In this document: piece by piece, positions 49,697 through 60,782 of the stretch
Layout: the number at the start of each line of letters is the position of its first letter
Position numbering within the stretch: position 1 is the first letter of the stretch
NCBI GenBank assembly: GCA_963737265.1
Contig: CAVTRY010000013.1
Span: 192,001 to 256,000, forward strand
DNA length: 64,000 nucleotides
Source of the DNA: an uncultured delta proteobacterium
GTDB lineage: Bacteria > Myxococcota_A > Polyangia > Fen-1088
Direction: 5' to 3'
Notes under the pieces: generated by a model
Seen by the model: only the letters and a program-made list of their open reading frames with translations
The model's database searches: none
What the model was told of the DNA's origin: nothing
Position numbers and translations under genes: made by a program

Positions 49697-50202
49697 GCGC
49701 AGCCAGGCACCTACTGTGCTCCAGCGTCGTTCCGCGGCGGCATCGGGAAATAGGTGTTGGTGCGAATGAGACTGCCATCGGTATGAATCGGAACGCTCGG
49801 CAGGCGCCCGTGTACTTTGGTGCGAATGAAGGGCGGCGGGCAACGCTCCTGACCCAGCTCGCCCGACCTCATCACATGGCGATAAGCGACACCGCTGGGT
49901 GACCTTTGGCGGAAAAGAAGGGTAAGCGGCCAACCCTCCTGACCCACCAGGACTTCGCGCTTGACACGTGCGGCTTCCCCAATAACAATCCGACTCGCTG
50001 ATCAGTTCGGCAGCGATGACCTTGAGCTTGGCGTCGCCCATGGCCTGCACGGCGCTGTTGTTGGCAGCCAGGGCGTCGTAGAAGGCGACCTGCTGAGCGA
50101 CAATTACATCTCCCCAAAGACGACAGCTACGTCGCCCCGCTTTGAGGCGCGACGGTGACCGTGAGGTAGACCTCCAAGCCCGCAAGCGGGCAGGAGGCAC
50201 CT

Positions 50203-51702
50203 TTGAAGCCGGTCACCGACGCCCAAGTGAGGCGTTTGATGGAAGAGATGAGCAAGATTGGAAAAGTAGGCCAGGCCGCCATGAAGGCGGGCATGGACCG
50301 GAAGACAGGGCGGCGATACATCGCCGCGGGCAAGCTACCGTCGGAGCTACGGCAGCCGCGGTGGTGGCGGACGCGCCCTGACGCGTTCGCCGAGGACTGG
50401 CCAGCCGTGGCCAAGTTGCTGGAGGAAACGCCTGGGCTGGAGGCTCAGACGGTGCTGGAGCTGCTGGAGGCGAAGCAGCCAGGGCGGTACAACGAGAGCC
50501 ATCTTCGGACAATGCAGCGGCGAATCCGTCGCTGGCGGGCCGAGCATGGTCCTGCGCGTGAGATTTGGTTCACGCAGGCGCATCGGCCCGGTGAAGCCGC
50601 GCAAACCGACTTCACGTCGACGGCGGAGCTTGGTGTGACGATCGTGGGCCAGCTATTTGTGCACCTTTTGTGCGTGACGGTGCTGCCGTACTCGAACTGG
50701 CAATGGGCGACCGCGTGTCTGTCGGAGTCTCTGGCAGCGCTTCGGCGAGGGATCCAGTCGGCGCTGTTCCAGCTTGGGCGGGTGCCGCGATACCACCAAA
50801 CCGACCACTCGACGGCGGCGACACATCAGATCGCTCGCGATGCGGAAGATCGCACTTTCAACGATGAATACAAGGCGGTCATGCGGCACCTCGGAATGGA
50901 GGCACGAACTACAGCCGTCGGGGCCAAGGAACAAAACGGCGATGTGGAGGCCAGCAACGGCGCGCTCAAGCGTCGGCTTGAACAAGCGTTGCTGGTGCGT
51001 GGCAGCCGCGACTTCGCGGACCAAGACGACTACGAACGCTTCGTAGCCAAGGTGGTCCGCAAAGCCAACGCTTCGCGAGGCCCGCGCGTCGCCGAGGAGA
51101 TCGAAGCCATGCGGCCGCTGGTGGTGGAGCGTTTGCCGGAGTACGCAGAAATGACGGCACCTGTGGCGTCGACGAGCACCATCCGGGTCAAGTCGTGCGC
51201 CTACTCGGTGCCGTCGAGGCTGATCGGCGCACGGGTGAGAGTCCGCGTGTTCGAGCACCGAATCGAGGTGTACTACGCCGACAACTTGGAATTGGCCTGC
51301 GACAGGCTGCGAGGCAAGACCGCGCGCATCGACTACCGGCACGTCATCTGGTCTTTGGTGCGCAAGCCGGGCGCGTTTTCTCGCTACGTCTACCGAGAAG
51401 AGCTGTTTCCAAGCGTGACTTTCAGGCGGGCATACGACGCGATCCAGGCGACCAAGCCTGGAATCAAAGGCGACGTTGAATACCTGCGCATTCTTCACCT
51501 GGCCGCCAGCACGATGGAAGCCGATGTCGAGCAAGCGCTCACGACTCTGCTTGCCGATGGGACCATCTTGACGGCGGATGCAACCAAGAAGAGATGCACA
51601 CAGGCGACGGACAGTACCTATCCACCGAGCGTCCCCGCGCTCGAAGCACCGCTGGTCGATCTCGCGTCCTACGACCTGCTCCTCGAACAGGTGGCATCAT
51701 GA
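50203..51702 (+). CDS. istA: IS21 transposase
   Basis: HTH (AGMDRKT), WRTRPDAF, AQTDFT, QTDHST, QNGDVE, YSVPSRLIG. Confidence 0.95.
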   Translation: MKPVTDAQVRRLMEEMSKIGKVGQAAMKAGMDRKTGRRYIAAGKLPSELRQPRWWRTRPDAFAEDWPAVAKLLEETPGLEAQTVLELLEAKQPGRYNESHLRTMQRRIRRWRAEHGPAREIWFTQAHRPGEAAQTDFTSTAELGVTIVGQLFVHLLCVTVLPYSNWQWATACLSESLAALRRGIQSALFQLGRVPRYHQTDHSTAATHQIARDAEDRTFNDEYKAVMRHLGMEARTTAVGAKEQNGDVEASNGALKRRLEQALLVRGSRDFADQDDYERFVAKVVRKANASRGPRVAEEIEAMRPLVVERLPEYAEMTAPVASTSTIRVKSCAYSVPSRLIGARVRVRVFEHRIEVYYADNLELACDRLRGKTARIDYRHVIWSLVRKPGAFSRYVYREELFPSVTFRRAYDAIQATKPGIKGDVEYLRILHLAASTMEADVEQALTTLLADGTILTADATKKRCTQATDSTYPPSVPALEAPLVDLASYDLLLEQVAS

Positions 51703-52547
51703 CCAACGTCTCCGTAGACACGGTCAAGCCGAGCGCGCTCGACGCTCTGCTGGTGCTTCTGCGCGCGCTCAAGCTGCCTGCCTTCACCCGGCACGCCGAG
51801 GAGATCGCGATCAAGGCCAGCCGCGAGGGGTGGACCTTCAGCCAATACCTCCAGCACCTGGCCGAACTGGAAATCGAAGAGCGCCGAACCCGTCGCATCG
51901 ATCGCGCGCTTCGCGATTCGGACCTTCCCACGGAGAAAACCCTGGCCACCCTGGAACGTGGTCGGCTGTCACCCAAGGTGATGAAGCAGATGGCGAGCCT
52001 GTGTGAGGGTGGCTTTGTCGAACGTGGGGAGAACCTGCTCGTCTTCGGACTGCCCGGCCGAGGCAAAAGTCACGTTGTGGCTGCCATCGGCCACGAACTC
52101 ATCCGGCGCGGCTACCGGGTCCTCTTCACGCCGACCTTCGCGCTTGTCCAGAGGCTGCTGGCCGCCAAGCGCGACCTTCGCCTGGAACGAGAACTGGCCG
52201 CGCTCAACATCTATCACGCCGTGATCCTCGACGACATCGGCTACGTCCAGCAGAGCCGCGATGAAATGGAGGTCCTTTTCACCTTCCTGGCCGAGCGGTA
52301 CGAACGCAAGAGCGTCCTCATCACCAGCAACCTGGTCTTCAGCGATTGGATCCGCATTTTCAAGGATCCCATGACCACCGCCGCCGCCATCGACCGACTG
52401 GTCCACCACGCGGTCATCCTTGAGATGACCGGCCCCAGCTACCGCAGCGAAGAAGCACGAAAGAGAGGCGTCACCACCCCAGCGACAACTACGACAACTA
52501 CCGATCAACCAACGACAACTACCCCCGACAACAATGGGGCGATGTAA
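51699..52547 (+). CDS. istB: IS21 helper ATPase
   Basis: GLPGRGKSH, ILDDIGY, ITSN, AAIDRLVHH, SYR. ATGA overlap with istA. Confidence 0.95.
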   Translation: MTNVSVDTVKPSALDALLVLLRALKLPAFTRHAEEIAIKASREGWTFSQYLQHLAELEIEERRTRRIDRALRDSDLPTEKTLATLERGRLSPKVMKQMASLCEGGFVERGENLLVFGLPGRGKSHVVAAIGHELIRRGYRVLFTPTFALVQRLLAAKRDLRLERELAALNIYHAVILDDIGYVQQSRDEMEVLFTFLAERYERKSVLITSNLVFSDWIRIFKDPMTTAAAIDRLVHHAVILEMTGPSYRSEEARKRGVTTPATTTTTTDQPTTTTPDNNGAM

Positions 52548-53975
52548 TTGACGTCACCGGGTGAATGTAGTTGACGTCCAGCAGCGACCTCGTCATCGGT
52601 CAGGCCCAGTTCTTCCCCGCGCTTGCCCGCGGCTTCCACTTCCTTCGCCAGCTTGATGAGCTCTTCGATGACCTCCTGGGTGGCGATGGCGCGGTTGTGG
52701 TAGGCGTTCAGAGCCTTCTTGAGCTTCTCGGAGAACAGCTCGGACTGCACCAGGTCGCGCTTGGCGCGGACCTTGATCTCATCTTTGAGCAGTTTCGCCA
52801 GTAGCTCGGCGGCGACGTTCTTGTGTTTGAGGCCGCGCACCTCGGCGAGAAACTGATCGGACAGGATGCTGATGTCGGGCTTCTGCAAGCCAGCCGCGGT
52901 GAAGACGTCGATGACTTGACCATCGGTCGTAATCGCCATGGACACGAGCTGGCGGATGGCGGCGTCGATTTGCTCGGGCGACTTGGCGCTGGTACCACTC
53001 TTCTTGTTCAGTGCCGATTGAATGGCCTGGAAAAAGGCAATGTCATCGTGAATCTCCTCGGCTTCATCGCTGGCCGAGCACAGGGCGAAGGCGCGAGACA
53101 GCTCGGTCACCACCTGCACGAAGCGTTGCTTGCCATCTTCCTGCGAGAGGATGCGCTCCTGGCCGGCCGGGAGAAGCGCCAGCTTCTCGGCTGGCTTGCC
53201 GGCGGTCCATTTGTCCCAATCCAGCCCGTGCAGCATATCGCTGGCGATGCCGTGCTTCTCGAGCATGACGGCAATGGCCTGCTTCGGATCGTGGGCGGCC
53301 TCACCCTTGCCGCCGCTTTCCGTGTAGGTCGCCAGCGCGTGCTTCAGCTGGTCGGCCAGGCCAAGGTAGTCGACCACCAGTCCGCCCGGCTTGTCGCGGA
53401 AGACGCGGTTCACGCGCGCGATGGCCTGCATCAGGCCGTGTCCGCGCATCGGCTTGTCGGCTTACATCGTGTGCAGACAAGGGGCATCGAAACCGGTCAG
53501 CCACATGTCGCGCACGATGACGATGCGGAACGGATCCTTGCTGTCTTTGAAACGGACCGCCAGCTTGCGCCGCCGATCTTTATTGCGAATGTGCGGCTGC
53601 CATTCCGGCCCGTCGTCCGCGCTGCCGGTCATGATCACCTTGACTACGCAGGCTTTACCCTTGTCGGCCTCGGCGTCGTCCGACCCTGCCCAGTCCGGCC
53701 GCAACTTGATCAGCGCCTCGTGCATGGCCACGCAGATGCGGCGGCTCATGCAGACGATCATGGCCTTGCCGTTCATCGCCTCCACGCGCTTGCCGAAGTG
53801 GGCCACCAAGTCGGCGGCGACAACCTTCAAGCGCTTTGGGTCACCCACCAGCGCCTCCAGTGCGGCCCACTTGCTCTTCAGCTTCTCGCGATTCGACTGC
53901 TCCTCGCCTTCGGTGATTTCGTCGAACTCCTCGTCCAGCTTGGGCAGCTCGGCGTTGTTCAACGAAAGCTTGGCT

Positions 53976-54460
53976 GCCAGGGCTTCGATGAATCCCTCGG
54001 GCTGCGACCAACGCGTGACGGCGGAAAGGTCCTTCAGAAGGTTGAAGTCCTATTCACTCCAGACGTCCATGGTGTCGTCGAACAGCGAGACGAACTGCAA
54101 GCCTTCGGGGCCAATCGCAAGAACGTTGAGATCGTACCAAGCGGCCAGCACATGCTCGGTGACGTTCTTCGCCGCCGCCCTGCTGCCCGTGCTGAGGACG
54201 CAGACCAGCGAGCTACGTTTCGGCGTGCGCGTGTGGAAATCGGGTCGCCAGGTTCTCCCCGAGCGCCCGACCAATGGCTGGCTGCGTTCGAAGCCTACGC
54301 CCTTTTCCGATAGGAAGACCTCCACCTCGTCGGTGACACTTTCCACGGATCGCGTTCGCATGGTGAACCACACGTCGGCCGCACGAAGGCATGCCTGCGC
54401 GGCACGCATGACGACCGCCGCGATGTTGTCCCCTCGTTTCACCCGCGCGACCAGGTAGGC
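53976..54460 (-). pseudogene. DUF1828/DUF1829-like protein remnant
   Basis: GRSGRTWRPDF...AAWYDL...SLFDDT..VWSE*DFNLL with an in-frame TAG at 54050. N-terminus missing. Confidence 0.55.
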
Positions 54461-54521
54461 GTAGCTCATTTCCGATTCTATGTTGGGTGGCGATAGGGCC
54501 TTGCATCGATGCCATAGGTGT

Positions 54522-54618
54522 CTACGTCATTCTGGCCCCGATTTCAACGCTCAACTCCCCGCTTAGCAGCTTGGGCAGCAAGGTGTCGCGTACGGTAGCG
54601 AGGGTGCGGGACTGGATG
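54522..54618 (-). pseudogene. hsdS: Type I R-M specificity subunit, C-terminal remnant
   Basis: QSRTLATVRDTLLPKLLSGEL, the typical HsdS tail. Confidence 0.8.
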
Positions 54619-54943
54619 CTCGATCCTTATTCGACACTTCCCCCTCCTGAAGAACGACATATTTTTCACGGATGATTTCGCGAAAGCGTTCGGGGACTTC
54701 GTCCCAGACATGCAGGTCCACAAGGAAGGGGATATTGCTTTCGGCGATTGCTTCTTTGAGCTGCGAAACAACCGAACGCTGTTCGGGGGTGGTGAATGCG
54801 ACCAGATCGAGATCGGAATTGGTGCGGGCGGTCCCCTTCACGCGCGAGCCATAGGCCCAGACCGCGACGGTGGGGATTAACTGGCGCAAGAACGCGAGAA
54901 GCGCGTCTCTTTGCTCGGCGGTGATGTCGATCGCGCTGGTCAT
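54563..54943 (-). CDS. MNT-type nucleotidyltransferase domain protein (3' end fused to deletion debris)
   Basis: VWAYGSRVKG.A...SDLDL and SNIPFLVDL. Confidence 0.85.
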   Translation of the reverse strand: MTSAIDITAEQRDALLAFLRQLIPTVAVWAYGSRVKGTARTNSDLDLVAFTTPEQRSVVSQLKEAIAESNIPFLVDLHVWDEVPERFREIIREKYVVLQEGEVSNKDRASSPAPSLPYATPCCPSC

Positions 54944-55035
54944 TTCCAGGCGATTCCTGTCATCTTCTCGAAAAGCGCACTGGCGTCGGCAACGAAATCC
55001 TTGATGAGCAAGAGCGTTTCAGCGGCTTTCTCTCC
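54940..55035 (-). pseudogene. HEPN/HI0074-type substrate-binding protein, C-terminal remnant
   Basis: [31 protein letters not shown], overlapping the MNT start (ATGA). Confidence 0.5.
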
Positions 55036-55039
55036 AGTG

Positions 55040-55295
<256 letters not shown>

Positions 55296-55359
55296 GGGCC
55301 TTGTCGCTATTCTTCGCCATGGTTCAGCTCTAGGGTTCGGTGAGCACGGAGATGCATCG

Positions 55360-55794
55360 GTGGCGGCATTGTATCACCAGGGAGATGACCTTGGTGGTCT
55401 CCCTGGGAATGCGCCCGGGCTGGCGCGCTTTGGCCGCCTGACCGTCACCGCCGTTACCGTCTTCGAGCGGTTGCGCGGATATCGCGCTGCTATTCACGCT
55501 GGCAAGCCCTTCGAAAGCCAGCTGCATGCCTTCGAGGCCCTGGTCGGCAACAGCATCGTTCTTCCGTTCGACGAGGAGGCGGCCAGCGTCGCGGCCGAGA
55601 TCTGGGCCAAGGCTTCGCGTCCACAACGACGGCAGGTGGGCGATATCCTCATCGCGGCCATCGCGGTGTCGCGCCAGATGCCCCTCGTGACGAGAAACCG
55701 AAAGGACTTCGAAGGACTTGCCAAGATCTCGGGCGTAGGCCTTCGCCTCTTGGACTGGTCTGCCCCATGGACGCACGCGCGAACAGTCCGCTAG
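55360..55794 (+). pseudogene. PIN-domain (VapC-like) toxin, apparently lacking the N-terminal acidic motif
   Basis: TAVTVFE, LPFDEEAA, GDILIAAIA, LVTRNRKDF. No leading DT motif and no adjacent antitoxin. Confidence 0.7.
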
Positions 55795-55926
55795 CAGCCC
55801 GTGGTGAAAGTCGGATCGACGTTGGACAAGCCAAGAGTTATCGACAACTTGCCGAATCGGCGCTAGGGTTGTACCAACGCCGGGATGAGTTTGTCCTCAG
55901 CAACCCCCCCAGCCGAGGTATGTCTC

Positions 55927-58293
55927 ATGGCAGTAACCGTCATGTTAGGTGACCCGGGAAAGCATCTCGAATGTTGTGATCGCGGACTGTTATTGGGATG
56001 CGTGATGCTCCTCTTGACGGCACCAGCCTGCAGCTCTCCCAAAATCGTCGGCAATGGCGCAGCTGGAGGTCAGGGCGGAGGCGGCGGTGGGGTGGGTGGC
56101 AGTCCCGCCGGAGGCGGCGGCACGGGGGTCGTCATTACCATTTCCACCGGCGGAGACGCTGGCACCGGTTCAACCGACATCAAGAAATGCGGCGACGGCG
56201 TCCTCGACCTGGGCGAGGGATGCGACGATGGCGTCGCACCTATAAAGAAGATCAGGAGCGCCGACAATCCCAATCCCATCGATGATGGCTGCAATGCACT
56301 TTGCCAGGTTGAGTCGGGTTGGGCGTGTCCAACCGCGGGACAGCCTTGCATCGACCAAAGGGTGTGTGGTAACGGCGTTCTGACTCCCAACAAGGAATGT
56401 GACGACGGAAACACGGTGAGCGGCGACGGCTGCTCGTCGACCTGCCAGTCCGAGGCGGGTTACCGGTGCCGGCTTCCCGGAAAGCCGTGCAGCATCCTAT
56501 GCGGGGACGGCATCATCAAGGCACCCGAGCAATGCGATGATGGTAACACCGTCGGCGGTGACGGCTGTTCTTCGGGTTGCAAAGTAGAGGCTGGCTTTCA
56601 GTGCAGCGGTACCCCTAGCGTATGCAAGCCAACCGTTTGCGGCGACGGCATCGTCGAGGGCTCCGAGGGATGTGACCTTGGTCAAGGCAAGAACCTACCC
56701 GGCAGTGGCTGCTCGCCAACCTGCCACCTCGAGCCGAACTGCAGTGCGGCCTCGGGCCAGTGCACCTCGACGTGCGGAGATGGACTCGTTGTCAACGAAG
56801 GATGCGACGATGGCAACACGGTGAGTGGCGACGGTTGCTCATCGAGTTGCAAGGTCGAACCCGGCTTCCAGTGCAGCCAGCCCGATGCCAATTCTCCGAC
56901 CATGACCGTGCCGGTCACCTACCACGACTTTCTCGTGGGCGGCGATTTCCACCCGGCCGACGTCCAAGGCTCCAACCTTGCCGTTGTCGGCCTCGTTAAC
57001 GACACTCTCGACAACGAAGGCAAACCGGTGTTTGCCGGTGCGCCAGGCGACGGCCACATCACGAGTGCGGACAGCTTCCACCAATGGTACAGGGACGTGG
57101 CGAAGGTCAACACGCCCTACGTATCGACCATCCTGCTGCACAACAACGGCAATGGCGCCTACGTGAACTGGTGGAAGGACAATCAACAGTGGATCGAGCA
57201 ACTCAACCCTCGGTGGTGCTCCGATGCGACCTGCGCCACTTGCAACCCTCCGGCCTACGTGGCGGGCCCGACGACCGCGTGCTTGGCCCAATGCACGCCG
57301 TGGGGGATAGGCAGCACCAATCCCTGCGCGGTCGACCTCCAGATGGTCGATGGAAACCCGCTCTTCTTCCCCCTCGACAATATCCCGGGCATGATCACGC
57401 CGACCACCGCGTACGCGCCCGGCCAGGTTCCACCCCTGTACAGCGGCGGCGGCTGGACCTGGGAGGCGGGCGGCGCCGCTGCCCCCCAGCACAACTTCAG
57501 TTTCACCAGCGAGGTACGCTATTGGTTCAGCTATCAGACAAACAAGAAATATGTCCTCGATTTCGCGGGTGACGACGATGTTTGGGTCTTCGTCAATCGC
57601 AAGCTGGCGGTAGACCTGGGAGGCATCCACACCCCTGTCGCGGGGCACTTGGCGTTCAATGCGACCGGAGGCGGGACTGTTGCCATTACCCCGACCGAGG
57701 GTGCCGCCTGCAAAACGCAGGGCGCCGTGGCAACCTGCACCACTTCCCCGCCGACGACGGCGAATTTCGGCATGGTGAACAACGGCGTCTACGAGATCGT
57801 CGTGTTCCAGGCGGAACGATGCTGGAACGGATCGACGTACAAACTCACGCTGAGCGGCTTCAATGATGCTCCAAGCAGTTGTGTGCCGACGTGTGGCGAT
57901 GGCATCGCGGTGGCCAGTGAGGAATGCGACTGCGGTGACGGAACCGTGCCTGTCCCGGCAGGCTGCCCAGGTCCGAACAGCGACAGCGCGTATGGTGGCT
58001 GCACGACAAAGTGCACGTGGGGTCCATTCTGTGGAGATGGCGTGGTCAATGGTTCAGAGGAGTGCGATCTCGGCAAGGAGAATGGCACGGACGTGAGTCC
58101 AGCGGGATGCTCCTTCCAATGCACGAAGCCTCATTATTGTGGCGATGGCGTTCTCGATACGGATCTGGGCGAGCAGTGCGATATGGGCTCCCTCAATGGA
58201 CAGACATTGGACGCCAGTGGGAGCCCAACGACCGATCCTAGCGGCCAGGTATGGTGCAGTAGTGCCTGCGAGATTGTGATGGTACCGTTCTAG
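55927..58293 (+). CDS. Lipoprotein with Myxococcus Cys-rich (DUF4215) repeats and a fibro-slime/PA14 domain
   Basis: Repeated CGDG...E.CDDGN...GDGCS..C, plus HNFSFTSEVRYWF...GDDDVWVFVN.KLAVDLGGIH. Start codon uncertain. Confidence 0.85.
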   Translation: MAVTVMLGDPGKHLECCDRGLLLGCVMLLLTAPACSSPKIVGNGAAGGQGGGGGGVGGSPAGGGGTGVVITISTGGDAGTGSTDIKKCGDGVLDLGEGCDDGVAPIKKIRSADNPNPIDDGCNALCQVESGWACPTAGQPCIDQRVCGNGVLTPNKECDDGNTVSGDGCSSTCQSEAGYRCRLPGKPCSILCGDGIIKAPEQCDDGNTVGGDGCSSGCKVEAGFQCSGTPSVCKPTVCGDGIVEGSEGCDLGQGKNLPGSGCSPTCHLEPNCSAASGQCTSTCGDGLVVNEGCDDGNTVSGDGCSSSCKVEPGFQCSQPDANSPTMTVPVTYHDFLVGGDFHPADVQGSNLAVVGLVNDTLDNEGKPVFAGAPGDGHITSADSFHQWYRDVAKVNTPYVSTILLHNNGNGAYVNWWKDNQQWIEQLNPRWCSDATCATCNPPAYVAGPTTACLAQCTPWGIGSTNPCAVDLQMVDGNPLFFPLDNIPGMITPTTAYAPGQVPPLYSGGGWTWEAGGAAAPQHNFSFTSEVRYWFSYQTNKKYVLDFAGDDDVWVFVNRKLAVDLGGIHTPVAGHLAFNATGGGTVAITPTEGAACKTQGAVATCTTSPPTTANFGMVNNGVYEIVVFQAERCWNGSTYKLTLSGFNDAPSSCVPTCGDGIAVASEECDCGDGTVPVPAGCPGPNSDSAYGGCTTKCTWGPFCGDGVVNGSEECDLGKENGTDVSPAGCSFQCTKPHYCGDGVLDTDLGEQCDMGSLNGQTLDASGSPTTDPSGQVWCSSACEIVMVPF

Positions 58294-58795
58294 GTGGCCA
58301 GGGTGGCGGCCTGCCCGGACGGGCGCAGCACCTGGCGGTGCACGAAGTCGTAGTTGACCAGGTACGCGTGATCGGCGTGGCACTCACGTCTCGCGTCCCA
58401 ACCAACAGAGGTGCCGGCGCACTGTATCGCGCGTTCGACCTGTGGCACTGTAGCTGCGGCACATCCGCGCTCCTATTTCAGGCTACGGGAGAGTCTCCTT
58501 CTGGAACTGGGTCCAGGCCGTGTCGACGATCTTCGCCAACCTGTAGCTGCCACAGTGACTGCTGCTTGGAGCAGTGGTGTCCTTCCGGTAAGCGTGTATG
58601 ACACGATGGTGCGAGGCCGGGTACCGTGGGCGGCATGGACACGGAGCGGATCGAGAAAGGCGAAACACCTCAGACGGCTTTGCCCAACAATTGCGGTCTG
58701 CCCAGCAATTCGGACGGCTGCCCAATAATTCGCGGCGCGGCGTGAAAACCACGCTATTTTGACGCGCACACCTGGGAGCCGTCTAATCGCGAGCG

Positions 58796-59062
58796 ATGGC
58801 CGACGATGCTCCTCCCGTTGCCTTTGATCGCCTTATGCCCAACAAGATCAGGACAAAGCCCGATTGGGTTACGTCCCTGAACGCTGGCCGCGCCTACATA
58901 TGGGCGGCCGTTGCCCTGTCGTGTGACATTCGTCCAGACGCCATCAAGATGAATGACAAGAGCGACGCGGATGCACCCGACTTGGCCCAGTTCTGGAAGC
59001 GCTACACCGTGGCATTAACGAACATACGCGCGCTCCGGCTGCCGATAGTCTACGAGGAGTAG
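58796..59062 (+). CDS. Hypothetical protein (88 aa)
   Basis: Open frame inside the element; no recognised motif. Confidence 0.35.
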   Translation: MADDAPPVAFDRLMPNKIRTKPDWVTSLNAGRAYIWAAVALSCDIRPDAIKMNDKSDADAPDLAQFWKRYTVALTNIRALRLPIVYEE

Positions 59063-59184
59063 GCCATGAGAGAAATCAGGCAACGGCGGAGCCATGTCAC
59101 CCCATCCGAGCGCAAGCTGTGGCAATGGAGAATTGACGCGCTAGCTAGCAAGTAGATGCGGCTCATCCGGCGAGCACAGGGAGC

Positions 59185-59373
59185 CTACTTCTTGGGCTCG
59201 CCCTTTACCTTCTCTCCCGCGCCAGCCTCGCGGAGTCCCAAGGACCGCAGCCAACTGCTGAGATCCAAGCCCGCGCGATTCGCCGCATCTTGAAGCGTCA
59301 CCTTCTGTTCATCCGTGACCCTGACCAGGATCGCGGCTTCCTTTCGCTCGCCTTTGGTTTTGCGTCGAATCAT
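59185..59373 (-). CDS. Ribbon-helix-helix DNA-binding protein (MobC/DUF1778-like)
   Basis: ILVRVTDEQKVTLQDAANRAGLDLSSWLRS. ATG at 59373. Confidence 0.75.
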   Translation of the reverse strand: MIRRKTKGERKEAAILVRVTDEQKVTLQDAANRAGLDLSSWLRSLGLREAGAGEKVKGEPKK

Positions 59374-59378
59374 CCTGG

Positions 59379-59443
59379 CTAATGTATATCTGAAGGAAAT
59401 ACAAATCAAGGGTTGACATCTGTGTCTGATAGATATACATTAG
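59379..59443. promoter_or_regulatory. Back-to-back sigma70 promoters within a 13-bp inverted repeat
   Basis: Plus strand: TTGACA(59413)-17 bp-TACATT(59436). Minus strand: TTGATT(59409)-17 bp-TACATT(59386). IR arms CTAATGTATATCT / AGATATACATTAG cover both -10 boxes. Confidence 0.8.
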
Positions 59444-59466
59444 TTATACATCATGTGGAGACGAAG

Positions 59467-60306
59467 ATGAACACCACGACGAACGAAACAGACCTTCGGC
59501 AAGAGCGCGGACGCATCCTTTCCAACGACCGCAGGATCAAGCACATCGCTGGCGTGACCTGGCTTGTCCCCTCGCAGACGCAGAACGCTGGCGGCTACGT
59601 CGTCAACACCGCCGCGAAGACCTGCACCTGTCCCGACTTCGAGCTTCGCCGCTGCCGCTGCAAGCATCAGTGGGCAGTTTCCTTCGTCCAGACCGTCGAG
59701 ACCGACGCCGCTGGCAACACCACCGTGACCGAGACCTTGAGCTACTCCCGCACCACACACGGGCAGGATTGGGCCGCCTACAACGCCGCCCAGACCGGCG
59801 AGAAGGACACGGTTCAGGCGCTTCTGGGGGGGCTGTGAGAAGGCGTGAAGACGCCAGAGCACGCCGGGCGAGGACCGAAGCCCATTCCGCTGTCTGACGT
59901 GGTCTTCGCCATGACGATGAAGACCTACGGGCTGATGTCTGCCCGCCGTGCAACCTGCGACATCGAGGCATCCGCCGAAGCTGGCAACATGACTCGCGCC
60001 CCGCACTACAACAGCACCCTGGCTGCATTCTCCAAGCCCGAGATGACCGCCATCCTTACCACCCTCATCGAGCGGAGCGCGGCGCCCCTGGCCAGCATCG
60101 AGTCGAGCTTCGCGGTCGATTCCACGGGCTTCGGCACCTGCGTCTATCACCGCTGGTACGACGAGAAGTACGGCAAGCCGATGAAGAAGGCGACCTGGCT
60201 CAAGGCTCACGCTATGGTCGGAACTTCGACCGGCGTCATCACCTCGGTCAAGGTCACGGCCAGCGATGGCGCGGACTGCCCGCAGCTTCCCGAGCTTGGA
60301 CTATAG
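59467..60306 (+). pseudogene. Transposase with N-terminal SWIM Zn finger and DDE (IS5/IS4-like) core, disrupted
   Basis: CTCPD...CKH (SWIM). In-frame TGA at 59836. FAVDSTGF...WLKAH...GVITSVKVT...D, then truncation. Confidence 0.7.
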
Positions 60307-60782
60307 CACCAGGATGATGCACAAAGCCAATGCGTCCCCCTTTCCCGACCATGCCAACCACGATAAACTCCGCGCCAATGTTGTAATTCTGAATGTTCGC
60401 CATGACTTGGCCGAATATCTGGATCGGCATCTGCTTTTGACCAGTCTGGAAGGTCTGAAATGTGTAGTTTATTGACCGCAGTACGTTCTCCTCGATGGCC
60501 TTGTGACGCACAGATGCGTAGCCATCCTTGAGTATCTCGCCTACTTGCGTCACATCGGCGGTCGGCCTGTTTGTAAGATTGGTTGAAACCGCTCCAAGAA
60601 TGTCGGTGCTGATCAGAGCGTTGCCGGCTGTCATCACGGCAAACTGCCCATTCAGGATCTCGATCTTCTTCCGGTCATGCTCAAATTCCATGTTCATGGG
60701 AGGCCCGGCCGTGATCATCCGATCCTGAGGCTATGACGATTGCTGAACCATGCTCGCAAAGGGCTCCAACACAAACTGTCAT
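60300..60782 (-). pseudogene. Ntn-hydrolase/proteasome-beta-like protein, frameshifted and truncated
   Basis: AGGAGG RBS. MTVCVG...IVIAS|DRMIT...KKI...AG has Thr1/Asp/Lys/Gly spacing like proteasome beta subunits. One extra base near 60725. Confidence 0.55.

Larger units (their letters stand above)
50091..52583 (+). mobile_element. IS21-family insertion sequence (2493 bp)
   Basis: Imperfect IRs TGCTGAGCGACAATTACAT / ATGTAGTTGACGTCCAGCA. 6-bp target duplication GCGACC at 50085-50090 and 52584-52589. Carries istA-istB. Confidence 0.95.
49996..53975 (-). pseudogene. hsdR: Type I restriction subunit R remnant, split by IS21
   Basis: [49 protein letters not shown] (in-frame TAA at 53462). GLTDDEV|AFYDAL continues across the IS. 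Both ends are missing. Confidence 0.9.
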
